Assembly: GCA_030167865.1 (NCBI GenBank)
Contig: JALAGF010001634.1
Span: 1 to 64,000, forward strand
DNA length: 64,000 nucleotides
Reading direction: 5' to 3'
Source: Craspedostauros australis
Taxonomy: Eukaryota
Part shown: positions 10,589-22,587 of the stretch, one piece after another
Layout of the letters: every line of letters starts with the position of its first letter
How positions within the stretch are numbered: the first letter of the stretch is position 1
Position numbers and translations under genes: made by a program
The notes under the pieces: model-generated
What the model saw: the letters and a program-made list of their open reading frames with translations, nothing else
The model's database searches: none
What the model was told of the DNA's origin: nothing

Positions 10589-11375
10589 CACTTCCTCTCT
10601 ATTTGTCTTTGGATCTGTGCGAATAAGCTTTGTTCTGTCGATGAAGCGGCCGATCGATCTCTTGATTGACGGGGTTGGTGCAGTGGTCGGTTTGTGTTCG
10701 CGTGCACGTTTTCTTGCGCAACATGCGATGTGCGCCTGCGCGCCAGAAGAATTGGATCGTCAGGCAACTCTCCCTCTCCGTGGTAGCGCAGCTCGCGACA
10801 GAGGCTGGCTGGCTGGTTCGGGGAGGAGGAAGGAAGGAAGGAAGGGAAAGTGGTGTTGCTGGTGGGGTGGATGATTTGTCCCTCGGTCGGTGTCGTCTCC
10901 GCGGCCTCTTTTGGTCTTGGGTGTGTGGCTTTGTGACGATGATGGGTGTGTCGCTTTGTGTGATGGAAGATACGAAATGACTTCTCAGTCTTGGATACGT
11001 GGATTGGTCGGATTTGTCAAAGATGCGGAAACCAGTTGTGGATGACCCGTTGGATTCAAAGTGTTTGGACTGGCAAACAAAGAAATGGCGCGAACACCAA
11101 ACACGAAGCAACGCTCAATTTCTCGCGCAAGGAACTTCACACAACATCAGCGAACATCAACAGTTGAGACTTGGTACCCTTTGATGTTGGTGCAACAGAG
11201 GGGTTTGCGTGAATCTCAGTGCTACTTGACTACTCTCTGTATCCAACATCATGTAATATCTTATATTCCCAAACCATCCAATTGATTGGGGGTGCAAGAT
11301 GGGAAGCACGGTCGCGCCATCGCGTTGCTCGTACTGCATGGGTGGTCCGAACTTCCGAGGGAAGAAGATGGACGG

Positions 11376-12764
11376 CTACGGTGAGCATGCGTAGTCGCCA
11401 ACACATTCCCCCGCAATGATGGCTACGTCATTCAAGTAACACGCGAGTTTACCTACGCAGGCTTCCTCAGCAATTCTGCCTGAGTTGAAAAAGCACGCAG
11501 CGTCACCAACACAAGCCTTGTTGCTGATATCACCCGAGTTGTGAGCACACGCAAGTTCCCCACTGCAAGAATCTTCGGAAATGTCTCCAGCGTTCCAATA
11601 GCAAGCTTCCTCACCAGAACAAGAATACTTGCCGATGTCACCGTGCTGAAAAAGGCAAGCATTCTTGCCAGAGCAAGCGAAATCATCGACCGCACCATGA
11701 TTGAAGTAGCACGAGGAAGACCCGATGCACGAGTTCACCCCAACATTAGATTGCTTCATGGCACACGAACCATCGCCATAGCACGATCCTTCTCCAATGG
11801 TCGCAACGTTGGCCATGCATGCTACGTCGCCGGAGCATGTATTGTTGGACAAGCTACCAGTGTTGTGATAGCATGCATATTCACCATTGCAGGATCCTTC
11901 ACCAACCTCGCCGGTGTTGAAATGGCACGCAGCAGCGCCATTGCAAGATGATTCGGGAACTCCCATGTCGATACTGTGACATGCGTTCTCTCCGTTGCAA
12001 GAGTACGAAGCAATATCGATGGTTGTTGCCAAGGCGGAGGCAAAGTAGCAGGCACCATCACCGTTGCACGAGTGTGGACACACTGTGATATTGGAGTCGC
12101 CACCCCAACTGCAGGCAGGGTTCTCGGCGCCTTCTGGTGTCTCGCAGCACGTCGCGTTGGCAGAAACGCAGCTGGCAATGACATCATCGGAGGTTCCGGT
12201 GAAGCACGGATCACCTTCATCGACGGGGTCGGGTCTCGGCGGCTTCGATTCCTTGGATGCCTTGAGCTGGCGTCCATCGGATCCGCTCGTCTTGACAGTC
12301 TTCTGGTGGAGAGACACAAACAGCGACTCTCTTGGGGCGCTTTCATCTTCGGCTCCAGCGTCGTCTTTCATGCTCGTCGTACCCGCGCTTCCACGCAGAC
12401 GTCCTTGATCGACGTATTGATTTTGGTTGGGAGAGGAGACGGGACGTGGTCGTCGGTTGGTGTTTGGTGTGGTACTTCGTTCCTCCGAAGCGATGTGATT
12501 GCTGTCCGTCCATGGCTTGCGGTCAAGGACCAAGTTGAGCTTGTTCACGGCCTTCTTTTGTGTCTCCGCGGCATGGCGTTCCTTCGTGATGGTGCTCTTT
12601 TGGCGGTTCTGTTCGAGCTGCACCTTGCGAATGCGGGCATTGTGGATACGGGCGATGGTATCCATGTTGGCCGCAGTTGCTGTCTCGGATGATGCATTGG
12701 CACTGCTGAAGATGAGGCTCTGCGCGATGACGAGAGCAAGGGCTTCTTTCTTGATGTATGGCAT
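11376..12764 (-). CDS. Secreted cysteine-rich repeat protein (13 repeats of about 18 aa with a CxGxx(A/S)C core), 462 aa
   Basis: Signal-peptide-like N-terminus (MPYIKKEALALVIAQSLIFSSANA), then a pro-region with LRG and RQL-KASKESK. C-terminal tandem repeats include VGEGSCNGEYACYHNTGS and IGKYSCSGEEACYWNAGD. Confidence 0.88.
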   Translation of the reverse strand: MPYIKKEALALVIAQSLIFSSANASSETATAANMDTIARIHNARIRKVQLEQNRQKSTITKERHAAETQKKAVNKLNLVLDRKPWTDSNHIASEERSTTPNTNRRPRPVSSPNQNQYVDQGRLRGSAGTTSMKDDAGAEDESAPRESLFVSLHQKTVKTSGSDGRQLKASKESKPPRPDPVDEGDPCFTGTSDDVIASCVSANATCCETPEGAENPACSWGGDSNITVCPHSCNGDGACYFASALATTIDIASYSCNGENACHSIDMGVPESSCNGAAACHFNTGEVGEGSCNGEYACYHNTGSLSNNTCSGDVACMANVATIGEGSCYGDGSCAMKQSNVGVNSCIGSSSCYFNHGAVDDFACSGKNACLFQHGDIGKYSCSGEEACYWNAGDISEDSCSGELACAHNSGDISNKACVGDAACFFNSGRIAEEACVGKLACYLNDVAIIAGECVGDYACSP

Positions 12765-13875
12765 GTTTTCTTTGCTGTTGTAGTTGGATGAATTGATGCT
12801 TGGGTTGTAATGCTTGTCTTATTGTGTGCTTGTGCCTTGGGTTTGATGTGAACAATTAATTGTTTGGAGATTGTGTCGAGTTGTATTGAATCATATTTTT
12901 ATGAGACAGGAATTGACGAGAAAGGTGCCAAGGGTGTGTGGATGTCGCTGTCTTGCGGGCGGGCCTGCGTGTCGGGTTGTAGTGACATTGTGTTGCTTGT
13001 GAGTGCCAGCTAATGCCAAGTGGATGAGATCGGACTCTACTTCCTCGCGCAGAGGGAGCTGTGATACCCTTAGGAGCCATCGACAGGAGAGCGAATAGAT
13101 CACCGGTTTCCTTACTGGCACCGTGAACAAACTTGTATCGAGGTCGAACCAAGTGTGAGTGCACTGGTGCTCTGCGATGTACAAGCATGATAGGAGCAGG
13201 TGCAGTTTCGGGCTGAGGTTCCACAGCAGGATCACATAGCTCGCAACACCGGTTATCTTCTCCCAGCATTCTCTGCGATGGTCGTGGAAACATATTTGGC
13301 ATGGTGTTGCCTTGTGACAAGTCGCTTTGGATGCTTCTCGATCGTTGCCATCGTACTCCCTTGTTCTTCATGCCTTGACTGAGTCAAATGCTTGCCTTGA
13401 GGGCATGTGGTCGCACTTTACTCTGCTCTGCTCAAATCTACACCAATCTACTCTCTGCACTCTCTGTTGCTCGTGTGATACTAGTGTGGTTTGTCCGTAG
13501 CGCTCTAGCTTGCTTTGGTTCACGTATCTCTCACATCGAGTCTTGTATTGTTTCTACATTCATGACTGGATTAAGATTCTTCGGCTTGTGTGGGTTCTTG
13601 GGAAGAAAGAAGCCAAGGGAGGGGCAAGAACATGATGCCGACAAGTCTTGCCGTATTGGGTGAGGAGCACAGCACCAACAGAGCAATGAATCGACAAGCT
13701 CTGCTGGGCTGTGTCCCGCTCCAGCGTCAGCCACAGATCCCCTCTCTATCTGTGCTATACTTCTTGTCTCTTGGGACTTGCTGGTTGCGAGGTGACGTGA
13801 CGTTACGCAACAGACGCAGAACCAGAGCAGAACGTCGCGCCAACCAAAGAGAACACAAGAGACCAACACAGCAAG

Positions 13876-16004
13876 ATGGCGCACTGGACGACGTCCGGAG
13901 GATCGCGGCTGCGGATGCGGCAACCGAGAAGCACATTCGCGGAACGTGCCATCACGCGAGCTCGTCTGTCGGAGCCCTCCATTGCATTCGCCAGCAATCG
14001 AGCAGTCGTGGCCGAGAATGCTCCCACCATGGGTGCTGCGGTTCGGACTCCAACAGCAGCGTTCGTGCGACGCTCTGGCACCATAGGTGGAAATAGCGGC
14101 GACGGCGTTGGTGATGGTGATGGTGATGACAGCAGCGGCAACAAGCAGCAGTCTCCTTTCCACAAGAAGAAAAAAGGTGAGTTGGCGTATGAGAATAGCT
14201 CCGTGGCTTCTGATGAAATTAAGAATGAAAGCGCCAAGTCCGGGGTTTCTGGCTCTGCCAAGGCCTTTGCGCTGTTGATCTTTGTTCGCTTCGCAATCAT
14301 GTGCTCACCTTCGTTGACTTGGGTCTCATCTTCTCGGCAGTCAAGGCAAAGCGCTCACGAGCAGTGTACCGACGAGCTGTGGTCGGAACGGCGCGATACG
14401 AAGTGCGGAGGACCCAGGGGAACGGGAGCATGCAGGCGGTCCGGACTGATGGCAGAACGAATGTCGGCAAGATTGCGGGTGGTGCGCACGACCAACGGGC
14501 GCAATCGCAGCATCACTATCGGCAGCACACTACTCCATACCACATGGACGCTTTCCAACAACAACAGCAGCAACAACAAAACCAGAATGCAGGCCCGAGC
14601 TCTGCGGACGAGCAGATCACCTACGTGAGGAGGATACGAAATCCCATGGACGCGAACTATCCGCAACAAAAGGTGGCCGTCCTTTCAAGACCAAGAGATT
14701 CCATTCTAAATCAGCAGCGCCAAGCAGGGGCAAGGTTGGTCCACCACCGAACCGATGCGTCGGGCGTCTTCCGCGACGAAAATCAGAATCAACGCAATGC
14801 ACAACATCAAATGCAGATGCATCCATCCAACTCGAACCACAATTGTGGGATGGACCACGCACAGCGGCGTCCGCTTCATGATATTTCGTCGTCTGCTCGA
14901 TGCCACCGCTCAAACACTGTCCACATCAACAATATCGGCAATATCGAGTATACTGAATACCCTCAGCTCCCCCAACAATGCCCACCTCGTCTCGAGCAGC
15001 ACCAGCAACCGCAGCTGCAGCGCACATTGTCACCTACACTGCCGCCGCCTCCTCCCTTTGCGGGGAAGGCACAGCTCCGTGCAACGCATTCCTATGACAC
15101 AGGAATCATCTCCGAGACGACCTATTTCGTCGGTGTCAACAACCCATCGAACCTTGAGGACCTGGCAACTTCCATGAACCAGGATGAGTTCCACGACACT
15201 GCGACCGACGCAGAATTGAACATTCAGCTTCACGATCTGCATGTTGGACCATACCTCCATGTAGATCCGAACGCCGACTTCGCTCAAGATCAAATTCTTG
15301 CGCAAACCACCAACGCGGATGTCGCATCACCCGTACGCTTGTTGTTCGAAGATAACACCTTGCACTGGCCAGCATCCAATCATCGCGCCACCCAAACAAC
15401 AGCTGATGAACGAATTCTTGCGATGGACGGGGCGAATGACGAAATGATAGCGCACACACAAGACATATTTGACAATGGCAATGCAAGCAACGGGAAAGAG
15501 TACTTCCAACTACCGCAGGATGCAGCAGGTGGAGGCGAACCAATCCAGAATGCGTTCGATCGGCTCGCCGATGGGCAACATGGAAATGCCGCTGCATTTG
15601 GACGCACTGCCACCGTGGACACCAACACTATCGTACTTGACACTGCGCGTATCGACACTGGCAGCGGTCGAGTGCAGATGCAACAACTTTGTGGCAATAA
15701 TAACTCAGTTCGGCACACCGAGGGCACCGACGCCCATCAAGATATCGACAACGTTGTGGACAGGGGTGCAATCCAGGGAAATGCTGAGGAAGGTATTCCC
15801 ATCTTCCAAAGCAGAAAGAATGTCGAGGAGGCGCAGCATACCGCTGTCGAAGCGATCCATGCTGCAGAAGCCATCGATCTTTCTGAGGACGAGTGCGTAG
15901 CATCCTTGGCCTCGACTGATGGCATGCATCCACTTTTGTTCTTCGACGCGGGTGCGAAGGTGGACGCCGATGGCAAACCTGAATCATCGATGGACCAAGA
16001 ATAA
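13876..16004 (+). CDS. Hypothetical low-complexity Q/N-rich protein, 2 exons (13876-14176, 14341-16004), about 654 aa
   Basis: A GTGAGT donor at 14177 and a TTCTCGGCAG acceptor ending at 14340 join the two track ORFs in frame, creating a basic KKKKVKAKRSR stretch. No recognisable domain. Confidence 0.6.
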
Positions 16005-16769
16005 CGCGCTGTCGCCGTTCCACAGTCCTTTGTCTCTCCCCATTTCGTTGCTTGTTTGTGCGCAGCGTTCGTCTGCGATACGTAGAGGAGCCGTCCTAGC
16101 CCATACATGCCATCCTGGTTCAGTTAGTCTAGTCTATGGAACATATCTATTATTGGTACAAATAATCACATGAACCCTCTGCTGCTCCTTCTTCCAAACT
16201 CGACAACAGCTGAGTCCAGTTGTGATCGTGTTTACTCGCTGTGGTGGAAGATGGTTGCAAGACCCTGAATTCCGAAGATCGGGGGTCGTCTGTCGTGAAC
16301 ATCTCTCGTTGTCGATACCTTTTGTTCTTGGCCTGCCCATCTTGCGATGGGTGAGCGTCTTTGCGACTTCATGGTGCCCAATGCTCACTGCTTTGAATGA
16401 GTGGTACATAGAGTGCATGGTTGTGGATGGCCTTGATTTCGCTCTTTGCCTTGTCAACATATGTACAGCTTGAAAGCAGTGCATCTAAATCGGATGATCG
16501 AGCACAGCGTGGGTGCTCTTCTCTTGCTCTCCCTCGGCGTTTGTGAATGTGGGGTGTCTGCCACCCATTGTCCGCTTGTTGGCATGCTGTCATGGTGCCA
16601 TCAATATCAATATCAATATCAATACTACACTATCCCTGTCATTCTCCTAACTGCAGCCGTTCGTTTCACTTGCTCATATAATTGTATCATGCCATGCCAT
16701 ACCTCACCAATCATACATGTACATCATATGGCCTCAGACGGGGAAGCAGCGCAGCGAACCACACTACCT

Positions 16770-17943
16770 TCAATCCCCCAGCGCACACGTCGAAGAGTTG
16801 GACGATGACGTGTCCTTTGACGATGCTCCTGATGATGCGGAGGATATCTTTCGACGCATGATCCGTATTGGATTGTTCCGTTTCCGCACCGCGGTACGTT
16901 CCTTCAATTGCCGTAGCGTTTCGAAAAAGTAGCGGGCCTGATGCTTGTCCTTGAGAACGTTGGTGTCGGCTCGGATCTTGTTTTCCGTCATCTTTTCCTC
17001 GAGCATCTTTGGCATTTCGGTTGCCAGGCTTTTGTGAACCAGATTCGGCACTGTCGGGGGCAGAAGCACGCAGGGGTAAGCAAGGCGGCGGCATCCATAT
17101 GGTTGTGTGAGAAAATGCGATGAAACCGAGAGTGAGAGAACATCCAACGCCCCAACACCGCGAATGGCGTACGCAGCAACGAACAACACCCAGGGCTCAT
17201 CTACTTACGATAATCGCTTTCCAAGCTGCGCTGATACCCGCTGCCCATCATGCCCATGAAATATTCCGCCCATTCCGTGTAACACGAGCTGATCGCCTCC
17301 GTCTCCACCGACATGACTGCGAAGTTGACGTACAGGATCTGCATCTGCAACACGAAGTATGCGCCTTCCCGAAATGCCTCGGAGACTTCTGCGATGACGC
17401 CTTGCTCCTTCATTAATTCTGGCACCTCTTGACACATGCTGCGCGACAGCAACTTTGCAATCTTCGGCAGACCCGTGAGTTCACTGGCAGCCAGACCGAT
17501 GTGCTTGCCGGCAACCTTCTTGACCTTCGTAGGTATCAGAATGGATCGCTTCACCTTCGCGTGAACCAGTTCTTTGACTGCCTCCGATGCATCCTTGACT
17601 GTGATGTCATGTGATGTGATGTCATGTGATGTCATGTGATGTCATGCCATGCCGTACAGCGCGTTGTGTTGTTGGAGATTGGGATTGTATTGCATACACC
17701 AAAAAACGGGAGTGAGTACATGTGAGCGTTGGTGCAATGTGCAGCTGATGCTTGATGGAGGAGGAGAGCCAGGGCCTTCTCTTTTGGCTTGAGTTTTCGA
17801 ATGCATCCATTGCGAGTTGAGAATACTTCAGAGGATTGCAAGTCTGTTGGCATGGACAAGTCAAGGAATATTGCGCTCAACTCAACTCAACTCAACTCAC
17901 CGATGACATTGATGTAGAGAATTGGACGATCGGAATCGAGCAT
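16770..17943 (-). CDS. Hypothetical protein, 3 exons (17943-17901, 17598-17209, 17050-16770), about 237 aa
   Basis: Introns 17900-17599 (GTGAGT...CACAG) and 17208-17051 (GTAAGT...GACAG) give a continuous frame: MLDSDRPILYINVIVKDASEAVKELVH...ESDYLPNLVHKSLATEMPKMLEEKM... The start codon is uncertain. Confidence 0.65.
17600..17646. repeat. Short tandem repeat (tgtgatgtca/tgatg units) just inside an intron acceptor
   Basis: Sequence gtgatgtcatgtgatgtgatgtcatgtgatgtcatgtgatgtcatg. A (CTCAA)4 run also lies at 17876-17897 next to the donor of the same intron. Confidence 0.8.
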
Positions 17944-19264
17944 GTGATGAATGGATCTGTGAAAGCTTGTGTGTGGAGTGTGGCCACAGCTTCGGTGATG
18001 ATGATAATGATGATGTTGGACAATGGCAAAAGTATGATTGACGCGTGGGTGCAGTGTGGGTGTAGTAGGTCCGGAGGCGTGCCACCTTTCGGTCTCGTTT
18101 GGTCTATGGTCAATTCTTGATCTGTCGATTGCCGCTCTGAGCCCGCGTTTCTTCTTGCGTCCTTCCTTGGTGTAATATAGTATGGCAATGTACCAAATGA
18201 AGACACTCTGCTCTCTTTGATTGTATCAGTATCCGCTGTATCCTCACGAATGCTGCTGTCACCTCCTTTGCCTTCAAGGTTCTCTTTGATCTTTGCTCGA
18301 TGGAATCTGGGAGGAAGTCGAGAGATGCTATCGCCCTTGCTGCCTGCTTCTGTGGATTAGTCTCATTGACTCTCTTTGTCTCTTGGCGTTCTGGCTCCTT
18401 TTCTTCCACGACATGTGAGCAAGTTGTTGCTCTCTTGGTCTCTCTTCTTTGTCTTCCTGTTGCTTGCGATTGGCATCGGGTTGCACATGAATGGAGAAAC
18501 GTCTTTTGTGACGAACATCGGAGGCAAACGAGATTTTTGGTGCATCAACGGGAGTCAGGTTGCTTCGCAGGATTCAATCGCCGCATTTGCGTCTGACCAT
18601 CGTACGATACACATCGCGCTGATTCGCGCCCAATTCTGTCGCACTGCGCAGGCGATGTCGTTGTTGTCACAAAACAAAAAATGTCACAAAGCGCAAAAAC
18701 GAAACTGATGGATTGCGACAAATCCACAATCCTCACAACGGCATTGCGATGGAATTGGACTCCATCGTGGACTCGCACAGTACATAGTCTAATGTTTGGG
18801 ACATGAGGATCGTGGAAAGGTGTGCGCTCGTGTGCACGCTGCGCTCATGACAAGGCGATAACGTGATGAATCCCTCGATGTGATTGTACGAGCGATCGCA
18901 CAGGTTGTCACCATGAGATGGGCAGATCGATCCACGCTGGAGGATGACATGCCTGCGTGCGCGAAGGAGGAAACGCGGGTTTGCTGCCTCCAGCACAAGA
19001 CACAAGCACACAAACACACAAGCACACAAACACGCACTTGCGCCATCGCGACGACACACAGATCAATTGCTCTACCAACCGAACGAAGAGCACCACTGCC
19101 TCTCTCTTCATTTCCTCATCCATCATTTTTTCAGGTCGAACGCAAGGTCAGCACCAACGTTCGGTCACCAGCGATCGGCACAAACAAAGTACTTCAATCG
19201 ACAGGATAAACAGGGGTGAGAATTCAGCCACCAGCAGAAGCAACAACAGCCACAGCAGCACTCC

Positions 19265-20734
19265 ATGATGTCACCATCCAACACAGAACCTGCGGCAAGA
19301 CAAGATCACCCAAGCACAGGCACGAACCCGGACATGACGAAAACAGAAGAAACAGCGGCCGTCGCTCTGCTCAAAGCTGCAGACATCAGCTTCGACCGTG
19401 CGGCAGGAATGGTGGACGCCATGGATGGATCCAATGAACCACCAGCAGCTTTCCCGTCGCCGTCTCCGGTTAGTCCGCAAAGTAAGCGCCTCGTCCTTCC
19501 GGTGAAGCGACCAACGCTCATGTTTGCTTCGGGTGGCCCAGCCATCGAATGGGAAGCCCTGACGCCGCTGGAATGGATCGAACAGCTGGCCTTGACGGCA
19601 CAAGAAAACGAGGCTCGCACGAAGAAAGGCCAAACCAAGCAACCCATCCTTGTCGGCGGAGTCAATCTCGTCGCCTCGCAGGCAACTATATCCGATGTCG
19701 GCAGCGTTCTGCATATGGAGCAACGCGGCAACGCCAAGCGACAGCGTCGGGAGTTGCAGACCGCACGCTTCGAAATTGGGCTGAACCAAGATCATGGCGA
19801 CGACGACGATGGCGATGACGATATGCCCAACACCATCGGCGACAACCATCAAGGATTGTCATCGTCACATGCGGACCTCGCAAGCGATTGGAATTTGGAG
19901 ACCATGTTCTCCTTCCACCAGGGTGCATCTTTCGACCTCCAATGCCAAGCTTTCCCCAAGCTCAAGCGCATGCGCGCCCTCGTGTCCCAGATCCAAGCTC
20001 GCTCGTCGTTCGGCATGATCATGGCTGCGCACGACTGGGTGCGAGATCATTTCATCGACACCACGGAATGGGCCCGCAAACCAGGACATCCAGATCCGCA
20101 CATGTGCGCCCTCTTGGTCTACGACGACTGCATCCGAAAGCTGAATGCGCTGCAGGGCGTCGCCGACCGACCGCACGCGGCATCCTGCGCCGACCTCCAA
20201 GGGCTCCTTCTATCCTCGCCGCTGCACAATGGTGACGAACTCGAAATCAACATGGAGTTCTACATGACCAATTGGATGCGTCTCAATTGGATCAACCCGT
20301 ATCCCGATGACATGACGTTGACCAAGATGTCACTCATCTGCGGCACCACGAAGGCCGTCGTCAACAACTGGCTCATCAACACGCGCACCCGCAAGTGGCG
20401 ACCGGCCGTCAAGGCCGCGTACGCGCTGGGAGGATTCGCGGACGACCTGATGGAAGACTCCGTCCGCATCTTCCTGAAGAAGGGAACGCGCGAGTCTTCG
20501 ACGCTTGAAGTGTCTGGCGTTCGTTGCGACGACCAGCGCAAACGGCAGGCGTTCGTGCGCCAAGCACGCGTCATCGAGACGGAAGGACGTCAAGATGATG
20601 AACCGACCGGTGCATCTATGAAGCAGCAGGTGGAAGACCGTCACGGCGGACGTGATGGCGTTGATGACGAGGTTCTCCTCGCGCTGACCAAGCTGGAGGA
20701 AGCCGCTGCTCCGACGCCCGTGTGTGAGGTTTGA
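19265..20734 (+). CDS. TALE-class (Homeobox_KN-like) homeodomain transcription factor, 489 aa
   Basis: WMRLNWINPYPDDMTLTKMSLICGTTKAVVNNWLINTRTRKWRP shows the PYP loop and a W-x-I-N recognition helix. Confidence 0.85.
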   Translation: MMSPSNTEPAARQDHPSTGTNPDMTKTEETAAVALLKAADISFDRAAGMVDAMDGSNEPPAAFPSPSPVSPQSKRLVLPVKRPTLMFASGGPAIEWEALTPLEWIEQLALTAQENEARTKKGQTKQPILVGGVNLVASQATISDVGSVLHMEQRGNAKRQRRELQTARFEIGLNQDHGDDDDGDDDMPNTIGDNHQGLSSSHADLASDWNLETMFSFHQGASFDLQCQAFPKLKRMRALVSQIQARSSFGMIMAAHDWVRDHFIDTTEWARKPGHPDPHMCALLVYDDCIRKLNALQGVADRPHAASCADLQGLLLSSPLHNGDELEINMEFYMTNWMRLNWINPYPDDMTLTKMSLICGTTKAVVNNWLINTRTRKWRPAVKAAYALGGFADDLMEDSVRIFLKKGTRESSTLEVSGVRCDDQRKRQAFVRQARVIETEGRQDDEPTGASMKQQVEDRHGGRDGVDDEVLLALTKLEEAAAPTPVCEV

Positions 20735-21084
20735 GATGGACGGCGAGGCATACGTACGTACAACGTACTCTATTCAAGAGTGCGCATCCCTAGATATCGT
20801 GTGTGTTGAAAGAAAAGCGTAGAAGCGAAGCGAATGTCAAAGTAGGTAATTGAAGTCAAGAGTTTGAACGACAAGACACATTTTCTGTTTCGAGATGGAT
20901 GATACTCTCTAGTCACAGTTGCGTAAGCTGCGCCTTACCACGTTTCCGCTGTGATCTCGAGGGACAACAGGACAACTGAAGCCACAAGTTACCTAGGATC
21001 CTTCCAGCAACGACAACAAACAAACCGCAAGCAAACGGCAAACAGCACAAGCGACCGAACTCGCACAACCACAGCGGATTGACA

Positions 21085-22587
21085 ATGGTCTCACCATCAC
21101 CAGCATCGTCATCGTCATCATCATCATCATCAGCATCAGCATCACAGCATGCTGCTAGTCATGGGAATGGAGCAACGAGGGTGTACATAATCGCAGCGCT
21201 CGCCTCATCGACGCTGACTATTGCCATGGCGCTGGCAAAACGATGGATGGATGATAGAGCACACACAACAACAAGAACGACAACAAGAACGACAACAAAG
21301 AGAAGATCCGACCATTCATCGCCATTGGCGAGCACAAATGCGACTACAGCGCACGAACAGCTGATTGAGAATGGGACGCCGATGGTGCACCTGCGCAAGC
21401 TATCTGCGATTCTCGGCCGGTCGATCTACGCCAAGATGGAATGCATGAATCCTGGTGGCACTGGCAAGGACCGTGCGGCGTTGTCCATGATTCGACGCGC
21501 CGAACGGGAAGCCTTGTTGCCATCAACATCATCCGCAACAGCTGATGATGCGGCAACTGATGCATCGTTGCATGCGAATACGCTGCATCTCAAAGAAGAA
21601 AATGGGCAATCGCAAGCACCCTCATCACCATCGTCGGCCGCGGACAAGGAGCTGCATGCAATGATCGATGAGGCCATGAAGAAATCACGATCCGGTGGTC
21701 TCGTCGTCGAAGGAACATCCGGCTCGACGGGCATAGCGCTTGCGACGCTGTGCGCGGCGCGTGGACATGCCTGCCTCGTCGTTCTGCCCGATGACCAGGC
21801 CGTGGAGAAGCAGTCGATCTTGCGTTCGCTGGGTGCCGTCGTGCATGTCGTGCCGACGGCCGCCATCTCCAATCCCAACCATTACGTCAACATCGCACGC
21901 AACGTGGCCAACCTGGCACGTCAGCATCGCGGCATTGACGCCGTGTTCATCAATCAGTTTGAAAACGAAGCCAACTTCGAGATTCACTATCGCCAGACGG
22001 GACCGGAGATTTTGCGTCAATGTCCCGGCGGATCGTTGGATGCCTTCGTCATGTCAGCCGGAACTGGCGGCACCATCGCTGGCGTTGGCAAGTACCTGCG
22101 CGAGCACAATCCCGATTGCAAAATCGTGCTCGTGGATCCGCCTGGCAGCGCGCTGTTCAACAAGATCCAGTACGGCGTCGCGTATGCTTCCGAACAGGCC
22201 GAGCGCAAGCTGCGCCGCCATCGGTACGACACGCTGGCCGAGGGCATCGGATTGGACCGCGTGACACAGAACTTTGAGCTGGGCGTGGATCACATCACGG
22301 ATGCCATTCGCGTGGCGGATCAGGAGGCCGTGGATATGGCGCATTGGCTGTTGCAGACGGAAGGCCTGTGGGTGGGATCCAGCTCCGCGATGAACGTGGT
22401 CGGAGCCGTGCGTTCGGCGATGGAGCTGCCGCAGGGCTCCAAGATCGTGGCGGTGATCTGCGATGGTGGGCAACGCCATGCGACTCGGTTTTGGAATCCC
22501 AAGTTCATCGAGGAATGGGGGTTGGAATGGCCGCTGGGTGCGGATGGTGACATGAGAATACCGGAGTGCCTCAAGGATGTGCTGTGA
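21085..22587 (+). CDS. PLP-dependent cysteine synthase-like protein (fungal Cys synthase 2/MCY1-like type) with an N-terminal hydrophobic anchor, about 500 aa
   Basis: KMECMNPGGTGKDR (PLP lysine), EGTSGSTG, NQFEN, SAGTGGT, YDTLAEGIG, EGLWVGSSS and ICDGGQRH. Confidence 0.92.
   Translation: MVSPSPASSSSSSSSSASASQHAASHGNGATRVYIIAALASSTLTIAMALAKRWMDDRAHTTTRTTTRTTTKRRSDHSSPLASTNATTAHEQLIENGTPMVHLRKLSAILGRSIYAKMECMNPGGTGKDRAALSMIRRAEREALLPSTSSATADDAATDASLHANTLHLKEENGQSQAPSSPSSAADKELHAMIDEAMKKSRSGGLVVEGTSGSTGIALATLCAARGHACLVVLPDDQAVEKQSILRSLGAVVHVVPTAAISNPNHYVNIARNVANLARQHRGIDAVFINQFENEANFEIHYRQTGPEILRQCPGGSLDAFVMSAGTGGTIAGVGKYLREHNPDCKIVLVDPPGSALFNKIQYGVAYASEQAERKLRRHRYDTLAEGIGLDRVTQNFELGVDHITDAIRVADQEAVDMAHWLLQTEGLWVGSSSAMNVVGAVRSAMELPQGSKIVAVICDGGQRHATRFWNPKFIEEWGLEWPLGADGDMRIPECLKDVL

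Noticed and set aside
17599..17635. MTSHDITSHDIT N-terminus of track ORF 17201-17635
   Set aside because: It is the translation of an intronic tandem repeat; the spliced model gives a more plausible N-terminus.
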